Shown in pieces: positions 1 through 9,326 of a stretch of DNA of 64,000 nucleotides (position 1 is the stretch's first letter; every line of letters starts with the position of its first letter). The position numbers and the translations under genes were made by a program. This DNA comes from Candidatus Sericytochromatia bacterium (lineage in GTDB: Bacteria > Cyanobacteriota > Sericytochromatia > S15B-MN24 > UBA4093), in NCBI GenBank assembly GCA_036676495.1, contig JAKFCT010000014.1, forward strand, positions 64,001 to 128,000. The letters run 5' to 3'. Below the pieces are notes generated by a model, which saw nothing but the letters and a program-made list of their open reading frames with translations, made no database searches and was not told the origin of the DNA.

Positions 1-952
1 GGTCCAGGCAATCGAGAGCCGTGTGGTAACGCAGCTCTCCGGTGATGAAGCATTCGACGCCCTGCTTGATGGCGTCATAGGCGAGATCGCCGCCGGCGCC
101 GGAGCAGACTCCGATGCGGCGGACCTGACGGCGGGAGTCGCCGACGAGCCGGAGGCTGCGCGGGGCGATCGCCCGCTTGACGCGCTCCAGTACCTCGGAC
201 ACCGCCATGGCCTCGGGAAGCTCTCCCCAGAGGCCGATCCCCAAGGGCTCTCCGGGCGTTTCGAGGCGGATCACATCGACGATCGGCTCTTCGTACGGAT
301 GCTGGGCACGCATCGCAGCCTTGACGGCCGCGAGGACGGATCCCTTGACCAGGACCTCGGCCCGCACGAGCGGCTGGCGCGTCGCCTCCAAGAGGGCCCC
401 TTCGGCAGGATGGCTTCCCGGCAGCGGGCGGAAGGTGGCCTCTCCTTGCATGAGGAAGCTGGCTTGATCGTAGGCCTTAGAGCGGCCCGCGCCGGCGTCC
501 CACATGGCGCGCAGGACGCGCTCGGCCGCTTCGGGGGGAACCCCCACGCCCATGCGGTAGAGGGGGTCCTGCCCCGTGATCTCGAGGGGGCGGTCCATGG
601 GGATCCCGAAGAGCTTGGAGAGGTGGTGGTTGCAGGCCGTCGCGTCCAGGTTGGTATGGGCGGCGTAGACGGTGATGCCGTGGCGCATCGCCAGGGCCGC
701 CGACCGGCCCGGATCGTGGCGCGTGTCGATCACCTTGGTGGCCTTGAAGAGCAAGGGGTGATGCGCCACCAGCAGGTTCGCCCCCTGGGCGATCGCCGCC
801 TCGAGCGCGGGCGTGGACGGGTTGACCGACACGACGACGCCTTTGAGCGGCTCGTCGGGGGAGCCGATCTGCAAGCCGCAATTGTCCCAGTTGGCGGCGC
901 GCGACAAGGGCGCCAGGGCCTCGATACGGCCCAAGAGGTCTCGAATGTACAT
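1..952 (-). CDS. Nif3-like dinuclear metal centre protein (GTP cyclohydrolase I type 2 family), 3' end outside window
   Basis: Not in the ORF track because it runs off the edge. Manual translation from ATG 952: MYIRDLLGRIEALAPLSRAANWDNCGLQIG...VAHHPLLF...YAAHTNLD...HPYEEP...CSGAGGD...FITGELRYH, the typical Nif3 motifs. Confidence 0.9.
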   Translation of the reverse strand, partial: MYIRDLLGRIEALAPLSRAANWDNCGLQIGSPDEPLKGVVVSVNPSTPALEAAIAQGANLLVAHHPLLFKATKVIDTRHDPGRSAALAMRHGITVYAAHTNLDATACNHHLSKLFGIPMDRPLEITGQDPLYRMGVGVPPEAAERVLRAMWDAGAGRSKAYDQASFLMQGEATFRPLPGSHPAEGALLEATRQPLVRAEVLVKGSVLAAVKAAMRAQHPYEEPIVDVIRLETPGEPLGIGLWGELPEAMAVSEVLERVKRAIAPRSLRLVGDSRRQVRRIGVCSGAGGDLAYDAIKQGVECFITGELRYHTALDCLD

Positions 953-1196
953 GAATGAGGGTCCGAGCTAGCGGGGATACCCCCGTATGATACCACATGC
1001 CCGAACTTCCCCCTCCCGCCGCCCGGAATCCTCACGTCATGAGGGCCTCGGAAGGGCTGAATCGTGGGAGAGTCATGCTATACTGAGTGACGTTCCGCCG
1101 TTCAGTGATTTTAGCCGTCATCCGTCGCCTTCCGTGCGCCAGTGCCGGGCTCCTGATGGGGCGGGTCCCCACCCCGGCGCAGCCTGAGGAGTTCGG

Positions 1197-2543
1197 ATGC
1201 CCCTTGCCAAAACCAGCATGAACCAGGTGATTCACCCGGTGACGGCCCGCGTCAACGCGGAAGGCCGCTGGGAAATCGGCGGCTCCGACCTCGCGGAACT
1301 GGTCAAGACCTACGGCTCGCCCCTTTACGTCCTCGACGAGGCCACCATCCAGGGAGCCTGCCGGGCCTACCTGCAAGCCGTGCGCGAGCATTACCCCGGC
1401 CCGTCGGAAGTCCTCTACGCGAGCAAGGCCCTCTGCAACATGGCCGTCAACCGCCTCATCCATGAGGAAGGCCTCGCCACCGAGGTGGTCTCCGGAGGCG
1501 AGCTCTTCACGGTCCTGCGCGCGGGCATCCCCGCCGAGACCATCTACTTCCAGGGCAACAACAAGAGCGTCGAAGAGCTGCGCTATGCCCTCAAGGAGGG
1601 AGTCGGCCGCTTCATCGTCGACAACCTCGACGAACTCGACCTGCTCTCGGCCATGGCCGAGGAGATCGGCGTCAGCCCCAACCTCCTCCTCCGGGTCACC
1701 CCCGGCATCGAGGCCCATACCCACGAGTTCATCCGGACGGGCGAAATCGACTCCAAGTTCGGCCTCGATCTTCCCGGCCAGCTCGAAGAGGCCATGCGCC
1801 GCATCATCCGCCGGCCGCTGTTGCGCTTCCGGGGCCTGCATGCGCATATCGGCTCGCAGATCTTCGATATCGAGCCCTTCGTGGCGACCGTGGAGGTCCT
1901 GCTGGACCTGAGCGCCCAGCTGGAGCGCGACTACGGCCTCAAGGTCGAGGAACTCGACGTCGGGGGCGGCCTGGGCATCGCGTACGAGCCCGGAGACGAT
2001 CCCCCCAGCATCTCCGCGACCATCGAGGCCATCTCGCTTGCGATGGTCCGCGGTGCCTCCGAGCGCGGGCTCTCCCTGCCCAAGCTGATCATCGAGCCGG
2101 GACGCTCCATCGTCGGCACCGCGGGGGTCACCCTCTACACCGTCGGCGCGCGCAAGGAGATTCCGAACGTCCGCACCTACGTCGCCGTCGACGGCGGCAT
2201 GCCCGACAACCCGCGGGTCGTGACCTATGGCGCCCGCTATTCGGCGGATCGCGTGGTCGTCGGCGAGCCCCAGGAACTGGTCACCATCGCCGGCAAGTGC
2301 TGCGAGTCGGGAGACATCCTGATCAAGGACATCCGCTTGCCCAAGCTCACGGCAGGAGACCACCTGGTCGTCTGGGACACGGGAGCGTACTGCTTCTCGA
2401 TGGCCTCCAACTACAACCGCCTGCCCAGGCCTGCGATGGTCCTGGTCGCCGAAGGTCACCCCGAGTTGATTCGCGAGCGGGAGACCTTTGCCGACGTGGT
2501 CTCGCGTGATCGGCTGCCCAACCGGCTCGGAGGTCAACGGTGA
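1197..2543 (+). CDS. lysA: Diaminopimelate decarboxylase
   Basis: YASKA PLP-lysine motif, HAHIGSQ, DVGGGLG, EPGRSIV, CESGD, GAYCFSMASNYN. Confidence 0.95.
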   Translation: MPLAKTSMNQVIHPVTARVNAEGRWEIGGSDLAELVKTYGSPLYVLDEATIQGACRAYLQAVREHYPGPSEVLYASKALCNMAVNRLIHEEGLATEVVSGGELFTVLRAGIPAETIYFQGNNKSVEELRYALKEGVGRFIVDNLDELDLLSAMAEEIGVSPNLLLRVTPGIEAHTHEFIRTGEIDSKFGLDLPGQLEEAMRRIIRRPLLRFRGLHAHIGSQIFDIEPFVATVEVLLDLSAQLERDYGLKVEELDVGGGLGIAYEPGDDPPSISATIEAISLAMVRGASERGLSLPKLIIEPGRSIVGTAGVTLYTVGARKEIPNVRTYVAVDGGMPDNPRVVTYGARYSADRVVVGEPQELVTIAGKCCESGDILIKDIRLPKLTAGDHLVVWDTGAYCFSMASNYNRLPRPAMVLVAEGHPELIRERETFADVVSRDRLPNRLGGQR

Positions 2544-3388
2544 CCTACTGGTTGGAAGTCATCCGCCAATTCGTCGAGAACCTGCGCTGGCAGGATCTGC
2601 TCGACATCCTTTTGGTCAGCTTCATCCTTTACCGCCTCTTTCTGCTGATCAAGGGGACGCGCGCCGTCCAGCTGCTGCGTGGCATGCTGATGCTCCTCGT
2701 CGCCTACCTCGTGAGCCGCGCCCTGGGCCTTAATACCATTACATGGCTGGTTCAGAGCGCCGCGACCATGATCCTGGTCGCCATTCCGGTCGTCTTCCAG
2801 CCCGAGCTGCGGCGTGCGCTGTCGCTCTTGGGCCAGGGCGAACTCTTCCGCGGGGAGCTTTTCAACGGCAAGGCCCCGGATCCCGGCAAGGTCATCGACG
2901 AGATCATCCTCGCCGTCCGCCAGCTCAGCTCCCGGAAGATCGGCGCGCTCATCATCCTCGAGCGCCAGACCGGCCTCCAGGAATTCATCGAGACCGGCAC
3001 GCCGCTCCAGGCCCTGGTCAGCTCGGACCTGCTCACGAGCATCTTCAACACCCAGTCCCCGCTTCACGATGGGGCCATCATCATTCGCGGGGACCGGATC
3101 GCCGCCGCGGGATCCCTCCTGCCCCTGTCCGAGAGCTTCCGCCGGACCCACAAGCGCCCCATCGGCACCCGCCACCGGGCGGCCCTGGGCCTCACCGAAA
3201 CCACGGACGCCATTGCCGTGGTCGTCTCCGAGGAGACGGGAGTCATCTCCGTGGCGCACATGGGCCAACTGCAGCGTCACCTCACCGAAGACGACCTGCG
3301 GGTCGTGCTTTCGGGCATGGTGCAGGCCCCCAAGTCGGCCACCATGAACCTCAACCTCAATAACCTCTTCCTCTTCCGCAAGTCGTGA
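2540..3388 (+). CDS. cdaA: Diadenylate cyclase CdaA (c-di-AMP synthase)
   Basis: Three N-terminal TM helices, FQPELRRAL, catalytic HDGA and GTRHRAA motifs, VSEETG; GTGA overlap with lysA. Confidence 0.95.
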   Translation: MTYWLEVIRQFVENLRWQDLLDILLVSFILYRLFLLIKGTRAVQLLRGMLMLLVAYLVSRALGLNTITWLVQSAATMILVAIPVVFQPELRRALSLLGQGELFRGELFNGKAPDPGKVIDEIILAVRQLSSRKIGALIILERQTGLQEFIETGTPLQALVSSDLLTSIFNTQSPLHDGAIIIRGDRIAAAGSLLPLSESFRRTHKRPIGTRHRAALGLTETTDAIAVVVSEETGVISVAHMGQLQRHLTEDDLRVVLSGMVQAPKSATMNLNLNNLFLFRKS

Positions 3389-3395
3389 TCGCCCC

Positions 3396-3767
3396 ATGAC
3401 CCGATTGTTGGCACGTGACGAAAGTAACTCCGGCCTGCGCGTCATCGCGGTGCTGATGGCGATCGCCCTCTGGCTCTTCGTGGGCCCTTGGCAGCGCATC
3501 GAGACCGGCGTGCGCAAGATCTCGCTGCCCATCGAGGTCAAGAACGTGAGGGCCGCCGAACCCGTCCGGCTCGATCCCGCCCGGGCGGAAGTCACCATCG
3601 AGGGTCCGCGCAAAGCCATCGAGCACCTCGAGGAGGGCCAGCTGGAAGCCTTCGTCGATTTGCGCCACCGGGATCGCGGCATGTCGCGCTATCCCGTCCA
3701 CGTATCGGTCCCCCCGGGCGTCCGGTACCAGGTCAGTCCTTCCGAAGTCCACGTCGTTACCCCGTAG
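3396..3767 (+). CDS. cdaR: Short CdaR/YbbR-domain regulator of CdaA
   Basis: IAVLMAIALWLFV TM segment, then one YbbR-like domain (VTIEGPRKAI..AFVDL); lies directly after cdaA. Confidence 0.75.
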   Translation: MTRLLARDESNSGLRVIAVLMAIALWLFVGPWQRIETGVRKISLPIEVKNVRAAEPVRLDPARAEVTIEGPRKAIEHLEEGQLEAFVDLRHRDRGMSRYPVHVSVPPGVRYQVSPSEVHVVTP

Positions 3768-3791
3768 CCGCCCCACCCTGTTGGAGTCGAG

Positions 3792-4559
3792 ATGTCATCT
3801 AAAGTTAGCAAAGTCGAGGAACTGAGCCGCTGGGACGGGCTCGATCGAGCCCGCCTGCCCCGCCACGTCGCCGTGATCATGGACGGGAATCGCCGCTGGG
3901 CCCTCAACCGGCTCCTTCCCGGAAAACTGGGGCACAAGGCGGGAGTGGAGACCCTGCGTGAAACCGTTCGCTACTGCCTCGAACTGAAAATCCCTTACCT
4001 CACGGTCTATGCCTTCTCGACCGAGAACTGGTCGCGCTCCGACGACGAGGTCACCTACCTCTGGGACCTCTTCAGCGAAGCCTTGACCAAGGAAGTGGAA
4101 TCCCTCCACGGCAACGGCGTGCGGATGCGGTTCATCGGGCAGATCGACGAGCTCGATCCGCGCCTCCAGGAGGCGATCGCCCGGGCGGAAGCCATCACGG
4201 CCGGAAACACCAACCTGGTCCTCAACATCGCCCTCAATTACGGCGGCCGCCGGGAAATCCTCGAGATGGTCAAGCAGATTGCCATGGAGGCGAAGGAAGG
4301 CGCGCTCGATCCTTCCCGCTTGACCGAGGGAGACCTCGCGGACTACTTCTACACCGCCGGCCAACCCGATCCCGACCTCTTGATCCGCACCAGCGGCGAG
4401 AACCGGATCAGCAACTACCTGCTCTGGCAGCTGGCCTACACCGAGATCTACGTCACCCCGACCTTCTGGCCCGACTTCCGCCGAGGCGACTTCCATGCCG
4501 CCCTGGTGGATTACCAGAGCCGCCAGCGCCGCTACGGGGGGCGCCCCGACAAGGCATGA
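3792..4559 (+). CDS. uppS: Undecaprenyl diphosphate synthase (isoprenyl transferase)
   Basis: PRHVAVIMDGNRRWA, YAFSTENW, NYGGR, DLLIRTSGENRISNYLLWQ. Confidence 0.97.
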   Translation: MSSKVSKVEELSRWDGLDRARLPRHVAVIMDGNRRWALNRLLPGKLGHKAGVETLRETVRYCLELKIPYLTVYAFSTENWSRSDDEVTYLWDLFSEALTKEVESLHGNGVRMRFIGQIDELDPRLQEAIARAEAITAGNTNLVLNIALNYGGRREILEMVKQIAMEAKEGALDPSRLTEGDLADYFYTAGQPDPDLLIRTSGENRISNYLLWQLAYTEIYVTPTFWPDFRRGDFHAALVDYQSRQRRYGGRPDKA

Positions 4560-5560
4560 TCCCCGCCTTTACCCTCGTCTGGGGAGACGATACCCACAAG
4601 CAGCGCCAGTTCGAAGAGGCCTTCGCCGCCAAGGTCGTCGATCCCGGCTTCGCGGCGATGAACCTGCAGGTGATCGACGGAGACGCCGATGCCAGCATGG
4701 TCGCCGCTTCGGCCTCCACGCCCCCCTTCGGGCCTGGAGGCCGCCTGGTCGTCGTTAGAAACTGCCGCTTCTTCTCGGGACGCAAGAAAGAGGAAGAGGA
4801 GGGGGAATCCGCCGAGGAGTCCGACGGTAGTCCGCTCGCAACCCTCTTCGAGCAAGGGCTTCCCCCGGGATGCCACTTGCTGCTCATCGTCGAAGGCAAG
4901 TTGGACAAACGAAAGGCCCTCACCAAGGTCGCCGTCGCCAAGGCCACGGTGCGGGAGTTCTCGCTGACCGACACGCCGTGGGATCAGTCCGGCTCCGCCA
5001 CCTGGATCTCCGAGTACGCCCAGCAGCTGGGGGTGGGGATCCACCCGGACGCCATCAAGGCCCTGATTGCCGCGACCTCGGGCGATCGCTGGAGACTGAC
5101 GAGCGAGCTTTCCAAGCTGGCGCTCTACACGGAGGGCCAGCCCATCACCATGCAGGCGGTCCTGACCATGTCGGCGCCCAGCGAGGCGGATATCTTCGCG
5201 GTGCTCGATACCCTGGCCCAGCGGGACGCGCTGGGCACCATCAAGGGCTTCCAGCGCCTGCTCACCCTGGACAAGCCGGAACGGGTCCTGGCCACCCTCT
5301 CGACGATGATCCGGGGCTGGCACAAGGCCAAGCACCTTTCCGAGCGCGGGCTCGACTCCATGGCGCTCGCCCAGGAGATGGGCTGGAAACCCGGACGCGT
5401 CCCCCATGAGCTGGCCCGCCTCAAGCGCTGGAACTCGGCGCAGCTTCAGCAGGCCCTCGTCGCCCTCCTGGATGCCGAGCTGGCCATCAAGACCGGCCGC
5501 GGACGCGACCAATTGGCCCTCACCTTCGAGGTCATGGTCGCCCGAATGCTCAATGCCTGA
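4556..5560 (+). CDS. holA: DNA polymerase III delta subunit
   Basis: WGDD N-terminus, PPFG..RLVVV, LDKRK, ELSKLALY, C-terminal AELAIKTG. Confidence 0.85.
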   Translation: MIPAFTLVWGDDTHKQRQFEEAFAAKVVDPGFAAMNLQVIDGDADASMVAASASTPPFGPGGRLVVVRNCRFFSGRKKEEEEGESAEESDGSPLATLFEQGLPPGCHLLLIVEGKLDKRKALTKVAVAKATVREFSLTDTPWDQSGSATWISEYAQQLGVGIHPDAIKALIAATSGDRWRLTSELSKLALYTEGQPITMQAVLTMSAPSEADIFAVLDTLAQRDALGTIKGFQRLLTLDKPERVLATLSTMIRGWHKAKHLSERGLDSMALAQEMGWKPGRVPHELARLKRWNSAQLQQALVALLDAELAIKTGRGRDQLALTFEVMVARMLNA

Positions 5561-5613
5561 TCGTTCAAGCAGAAGGCCCTCCGGTTCAACCGGAGGGCCT
5601 TCTGCTTGAACGA
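5561..5613. terminator. Perfect 26-bp inverted repeat, probable bidirectional terminator
   Basis: tcgttcaagcagaaggccctccggtt-c-aaccggagggccttctgcttgaacga between convergent holA and the lipoprotein gene. Confidence 0.8.
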
Positions 5614-5666
5614 GGAACGGGAGCTTGTTAACCGAGTCAGGGGCTCGCCAGGTTTTCGAGTTGGGC

Positions 5667-6473
5667 TTACATTCCGGCCGCGAGCGAGACGTTCGACTGG
5701 CTCACCTTGCGCTTCTGGACGGTGATCTTGGCGACTCCGTTGCGGGCATAACCGGCGAGAGCGACTTCCAGGGTGTAGTCGCCAGGGGCCAGACGGGTGA
5801 GGCTGAACGAGCCGTCCCGGCGCGAGGTGACCCGGTAGAGGCGGCCGTTGGATAGCGAACGGGCCGTGATATTGGCTTCGTCCAGGGTCTGCATGGTCCG
5901 GGCGTCATAGATCTTGCCCTTGATCTTGCCGGTGTTGAGCAGGTCGGAGATCAGCGAGAGCGAGGGAATCTGGAAGGCGCGGGTGAGGGTGACGGTTTGC
6001 TTGTCCTCGGTCTTACCGCGGATGATGACGCGCTTGTTCAGGAGCTTGGCGAGCTTCATGCCCATCTTCTCGCTGGAAGCCACCAGGGGGAACGAGAGGT
6101 CCTGCTTCTTGAAGAAGCCCTTCTTCACCTGGAGGAAGAACTTGCCGTCCTCGACGGAGCGCACGTAACCGATCTTGGTGGTGGATTTGCCGGCGATCGC
6201 CGCCGCATCGAGGATCTCATCGGACGCGCCCGCCTCCTGCTCGTCGGAAGCGATGCCGAAGTCCTCGTCGTCGAGCTCCTCCAGCGGCAGCAGATCCAGG
6301 AGGCCTCCGTCATTGAAGGACTTGATCTGGAGCGCTTCCTGATCGGACATGTCCGTGAGTGCGGTGTTGCTGCGCGTGGCGTACGAAGCCGTGCCGGGGG
6401 TTCCACAGCCGACCAGTCCTGCGGTGAGCGTCATCGCCACCACGAGGTGCAAAACGCCTTTGAATGCTCTCAT
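5667..6473 (-). CDS. Lipoprotein with C-terminal carboxypeptidase-regulatory-like beta domain
   Basis: ATG 6473 with AAGGAGG RBS, lipobox LVGC, acidic linker, GKIKGKIYD...DGSFSLTRLAPGDYTLEVALAGY. Confidence 0.7.
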   Translation of the reverse strand: MRAFKGVLHLVVAMTLTAGLVGCGTPGTASYATRSNTALTDMSDQEALQIKSFNDGGLLDLLPLEELDDEDFGIASDEQEAGASDEILDAAAIAGKSTTKIGYVRSVEDGKFFLQVKKGFFKKQDLSFPLVASSEKMGMKLAKLLNKRVIIRGKTEDKQTVTLTRAFQIPSLSLISDLLNTGKIKGKIYDARTMQTLDEANITARSLSNGRLYRVTSRRDGSFSLTRLAPGDYTLEVALAGYARNGVAKITVQKRKVSQSNVSLAAGM

Positions 6474-6603
6474 CCCGTCCTCCTTAGCAAGCCCTTGAAA
6501 ACATGGTGTTAAGTGCTTTATCGGGCCGCGGCCCGCGGAGACGGTAAAACCCAAGCTAAGCTTGGGTTAAGAAAAGACTATGAATTTGCCCTATAAACAG
6601 CAT

Positions 6604-6635
6604 CAAGGACCTGCCTGAGAGGTCGCAGGTCCTTG
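6604..6635 (-). terminator. Hairpin downstream of rpsT
   Basis: caaggacctgc...gcaggtccttg stem; a second palindrome (aacccaagct-a-agcttgggtt) lies at 6548-6568. Confidence 0.6.
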
Positions 6636-6661
6636 CGCAGAGCTGTTTGAAACGGGAAGCG

Positions 6662-6937
6662 TTAGGCGTTGGCCGTCGCTGCGTTGACCGCCTTGACCAA
6701 CCGCGACTTGCGGCGGGCAGCGGTGTTGGGGTGGATGACACCCTTACGGACCGCGCGATCGATGGTGCTGATCGCCTTGCGGAGAGACTCAACGGTCTGA
6801 GCCTGATCCTCGGTCTTCATCGCCTCGTGAACGCGCTTGAAGCGGGTCTTGACCTCCGACTTCACGGCAACGTTCCGAAGACGGTTACGCTCGGCAATAA
6901 GGACGCGCTTGATACCGGACTTGATTCGATTCGCCAT
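6662..6937 (-). CDS. rpsT: 30S ribosomal protein S20
   Basis: MANRIKSGIKR...RNRLRN...IDRAVRKGVIHPNTAARRKSRL; GAGGTG RBS. Confidence 0.97.
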   Translation of the reverse strand: MANRIKSGIKRVLIAERNRLRNVAVKSEVKTRFKRVHEAMKTEDQAQTVESLRKAISTIDRAVRKGVIHPNTAARRKSRLVKAVNAATANA

Positions 6938-7088
6938 GTGTTTTTCACCTCCTCTCAGGTGGCATTGCAAGGCGCCATTGTAACATAAGCCCGCCGAGGA
7001 AGAAAGCCCTTTCGCGCCACTTCTTAATCAAACGTTTCCCGAGGATTAGCGCGACCTCATGGCTTCGGGGGGCGACGCAAGCGCAGCG

Positions 7089-9170
7089 CTAGTTCCCGAG
7101 CCCGCTCAACCGCTCCCGGACCTCGTCCGAATGCTCTCCCCCCGACGAGCGCGACAGGTAGCTGGCATACCACTTCCGCGCCAGCTCCCGGTCCCCGCGC
7201 TCCTCCGCGATCCGCCCCAGGTAGTAGTGAGGGGGGGAAAGCGTGGGGTCCAGCCCGATGGCCGAGAGAAACTCTTCCCGCGCCGAAGCCGGATCCTTCC
7301 GATCGAACAGGGACCTTCCCAGTCGCAGGCGGAAGATCGCCGTGTCCCGCCTCACCTGGATACTCTCCGGGGGACTGCCGTCGACGGTCCGACCCAGGCC
7401 GATGGGAGCCTGGAGCTGGTTCTCGGGATTGACGGGGGCCTGAAGGCGCTCTTGCCCGGCAGCCGGCAACGCTTCGGCCAGGTGTCTTCCCTGCTGGATC
7501 GGGTACTGCACCCGATTCAGCGCCAGTAACTCCGCTTCTCGGCTCGTTTCGCGGCGCGGGGCTCCACTGGCGGTCTGCTTGCCGTACCGCACGGAGTCCG
7601 TGACTCCCGACGTGCCCACCGCCTTCTCCTGGCTGGGCTGCCCCACGGCCCCGAGGCCGCTATGCTCTCCGACGGGTGCGGCGACTCCCTCATGCGGAAG
7701 CGCCGTCCCCACGAAGCCCTCCCCGACTCGGTCACCGACGAAGGCGCCATCGGTCCGACTCCCGATCATCCCACCGCCCACGGCCTCCCCCAGAGGCCGG
7801 CCGGAGAACTCGGTATCGGGGAGATCCAAGGGGTCGAAAGCCGTGCCGCGCTCGCGGCGCGGTCCCGAGGATTGACTCCCCCCCAGGAACTCGGCGGCCC
7901 CCTGCTCGCTCGACGTGGAGGCCTGGGGGCCCTGGATGAAGGTCGACAGCCAGGCGAAATCGCCGCGGGTATAGCGGGTGGCGAAGACCAAAGCCCCGAC
8001 CAAAGAGGCTCCCGCCAGGCCGAGCAATAACAGCCGGCGGCGCGAAACGGGGGGCGCTTCCTGGGCGATCGCCGGCGGGGGCGGCGGCGGGGGCTGCTCT
8101 ACCGGGGGCAAGAGGCTCTCGGCCTCCTCGTCATAGCGTCTGGCTTGCTCGACCAGGCCTTCGAGAACCTTTTCGGCGCTGGCGAGCCGGTGGCGGATGA
8201 GCAACTCTCCCAGACGGTACGGCTGGTCGACTTGCCATGCCAGGGCCTTGGCCAGGGTCTCCCGGTCGATGACCCCGTTCGCCACGAGGATCTCGCCGAG
8301 CCGGAACCGGCCTTCGACGAGTAGGCGGGACTTCGCCTTGCGAAAGGCGTCCGCCCGGCGCACGTTCGAGGCCATGACGCTGCCGTTGGCGACGAGCACC
8401 TCGAACGCCTTGGGGCCATGCGTCTTGGCAGCTTCCCAATGCTCGCGCGTCATGGCCCCCCAGCGCATCAGCAAGGCGGGTGGGGCGTCGCGAGGCCCCA
8501 AGGGGGCATTCAGGGGGGGCAGGCCCCTCAGAGCGGCCTGCAGGATGGGCTCGGGTAAGCCGAACTCGGAGACCAGGATGGCTCCGAGGGGGCGATGCTG
8601 TCGGGCCTGAAGGCTCAAGGCCTGTTTCAAGTCTCCCTGGCTGATCCGGCGATCGCTCATAAGGCGCATGCCCAGGCGATCTTTGGGGGGACGAAAGGGG
8701 GGAAGAGGGGTGCCTGAAAGGACCGTTTCGACCATGCGGTCGAATGTGCAGGCGTCCTGGCGAACCAGCCAGGACAGGGACGTCTCTCCGTCGCGGGTCT
8801 CGCTGCGGGCCCGGGCGAGCCAAGCGGGAGAAAGGGCGCCGGACGCGATCAGCGCGGGCTCATAGCCGGCAATGGGGCGTTCGAGGGCCGCTTTGCCCTG
8901 ATTGGCGAGCGTACGGGTCGCAGGAGCGTCGGCTTCCGCCTCAACCCGGTCGAAGAGGAACCACGCCAGATCGGCCCAACCCACGCGCTCGCAGGCACGC
9001 GCGAGCATCAGGCTCAACGCCGAATCGCCAGGCGAAGCCTGGGCTGCTTTCGCCAGGTGACGCACCGCGTCGGCGAAACGCCCCTCCTTATACGCTTGTT
9101 GCCCCTCTCTGGCGTCCGTCTCGCGGCCCTCCTTTGTGGTATTATGCCCGCCTAGCACGCGTTGCGGCAT
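7089..9170 (-). CDS. Membrane-anchored protein with N- and C-terminal TPRs and tandem MshEN-like (c-di-GMP-binding) repeats
   Basis: RLGEILVANGVIDRETLAKALAWQ and RLGELLIRHRLAS.. repeats, poly-Pro linker, TM segment LLLLGLAGASLVGALVFA, C-terminal TPR; start codon uncertain. Confidence 0.7.
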   Translation of the reverse strand: MPQRVLGGHNTTKEGRETDAREGQQAYKEGRFADAVRHLAKAAQASPGDSALSLMLARACERVGWADLAWFLFDRVEAEADAPATRTLANQGKAALERPIAGYEPALIASGALSPAWLARARSETRDGETSLSWLVRQDACTFDRMVETVLSGTPLPPFRPPKDRLGMRLMSDRRISQGDLKQALSLQARQHRPLGAILVSEFGLPEPILQAALRGLPPLNAPLGPRDAPPALLMRWGAMTREHWEAAKTHGPKAFEVLVANGSVMASNVRRADAFRKAKSRLLVEGRFRLGEILVANGVIDRETLAKALAWQVDQPYRLGELLIRHRLASAEKVLEGLVEQARRYDEEAESLLPPVEQPPPPPPPAIAQEAPPVSRRRLLLLGLAGASLVGALVFATRYTRGDFAWLSTFIQGPQASTSSEQGAAEFLGGSQSSGPRRERGTAFDPLDLPDTEFSGRPLGEAVGGGMIGSRTDGAFVGDRVGEGFVGTALPHEGVAAPVGEHSGLGAVGQPSQEKAVGTSGVTDSVRYGKQTASGAPRRETSREAELLALNRVQYPIQQGRHLAEALPAAGQERLQAPVNPENQLQAPIGLGRTVDGSPPESIQVRRDTAIFRLRLGRSLFDRKDPASAREEFLSAIGLDPTLSPPHYYLGRIAEERGDRELARKWYASYLSRSSGGEHSDEVRERLSGLGN

Positions 9171-9326
9171 TAAGCCGGTGTAGAATGTCCGAACGGAGAG
9201 CAGAGCGCCTCATGGCACTCACTTCGGACACCTGGTTAAACCTTATCCAGCTTAAACGTTAACCGCGTTAGTCACATGTCGTCATCAAGCGATGTCAGCG
9301 CAGCACCTAGAAAGTAGATCTCCAAG

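Noticed and set aside
1085-1196. Possible lysine or c-di-AMP riboswitch in the lysA leader
   Set aside because: The leader is only about 105 nt after a TGcTATACT -10 and lacks the L-box AGAGGNGC core and the ydaO consensus; only a generic GC hairpin is present.
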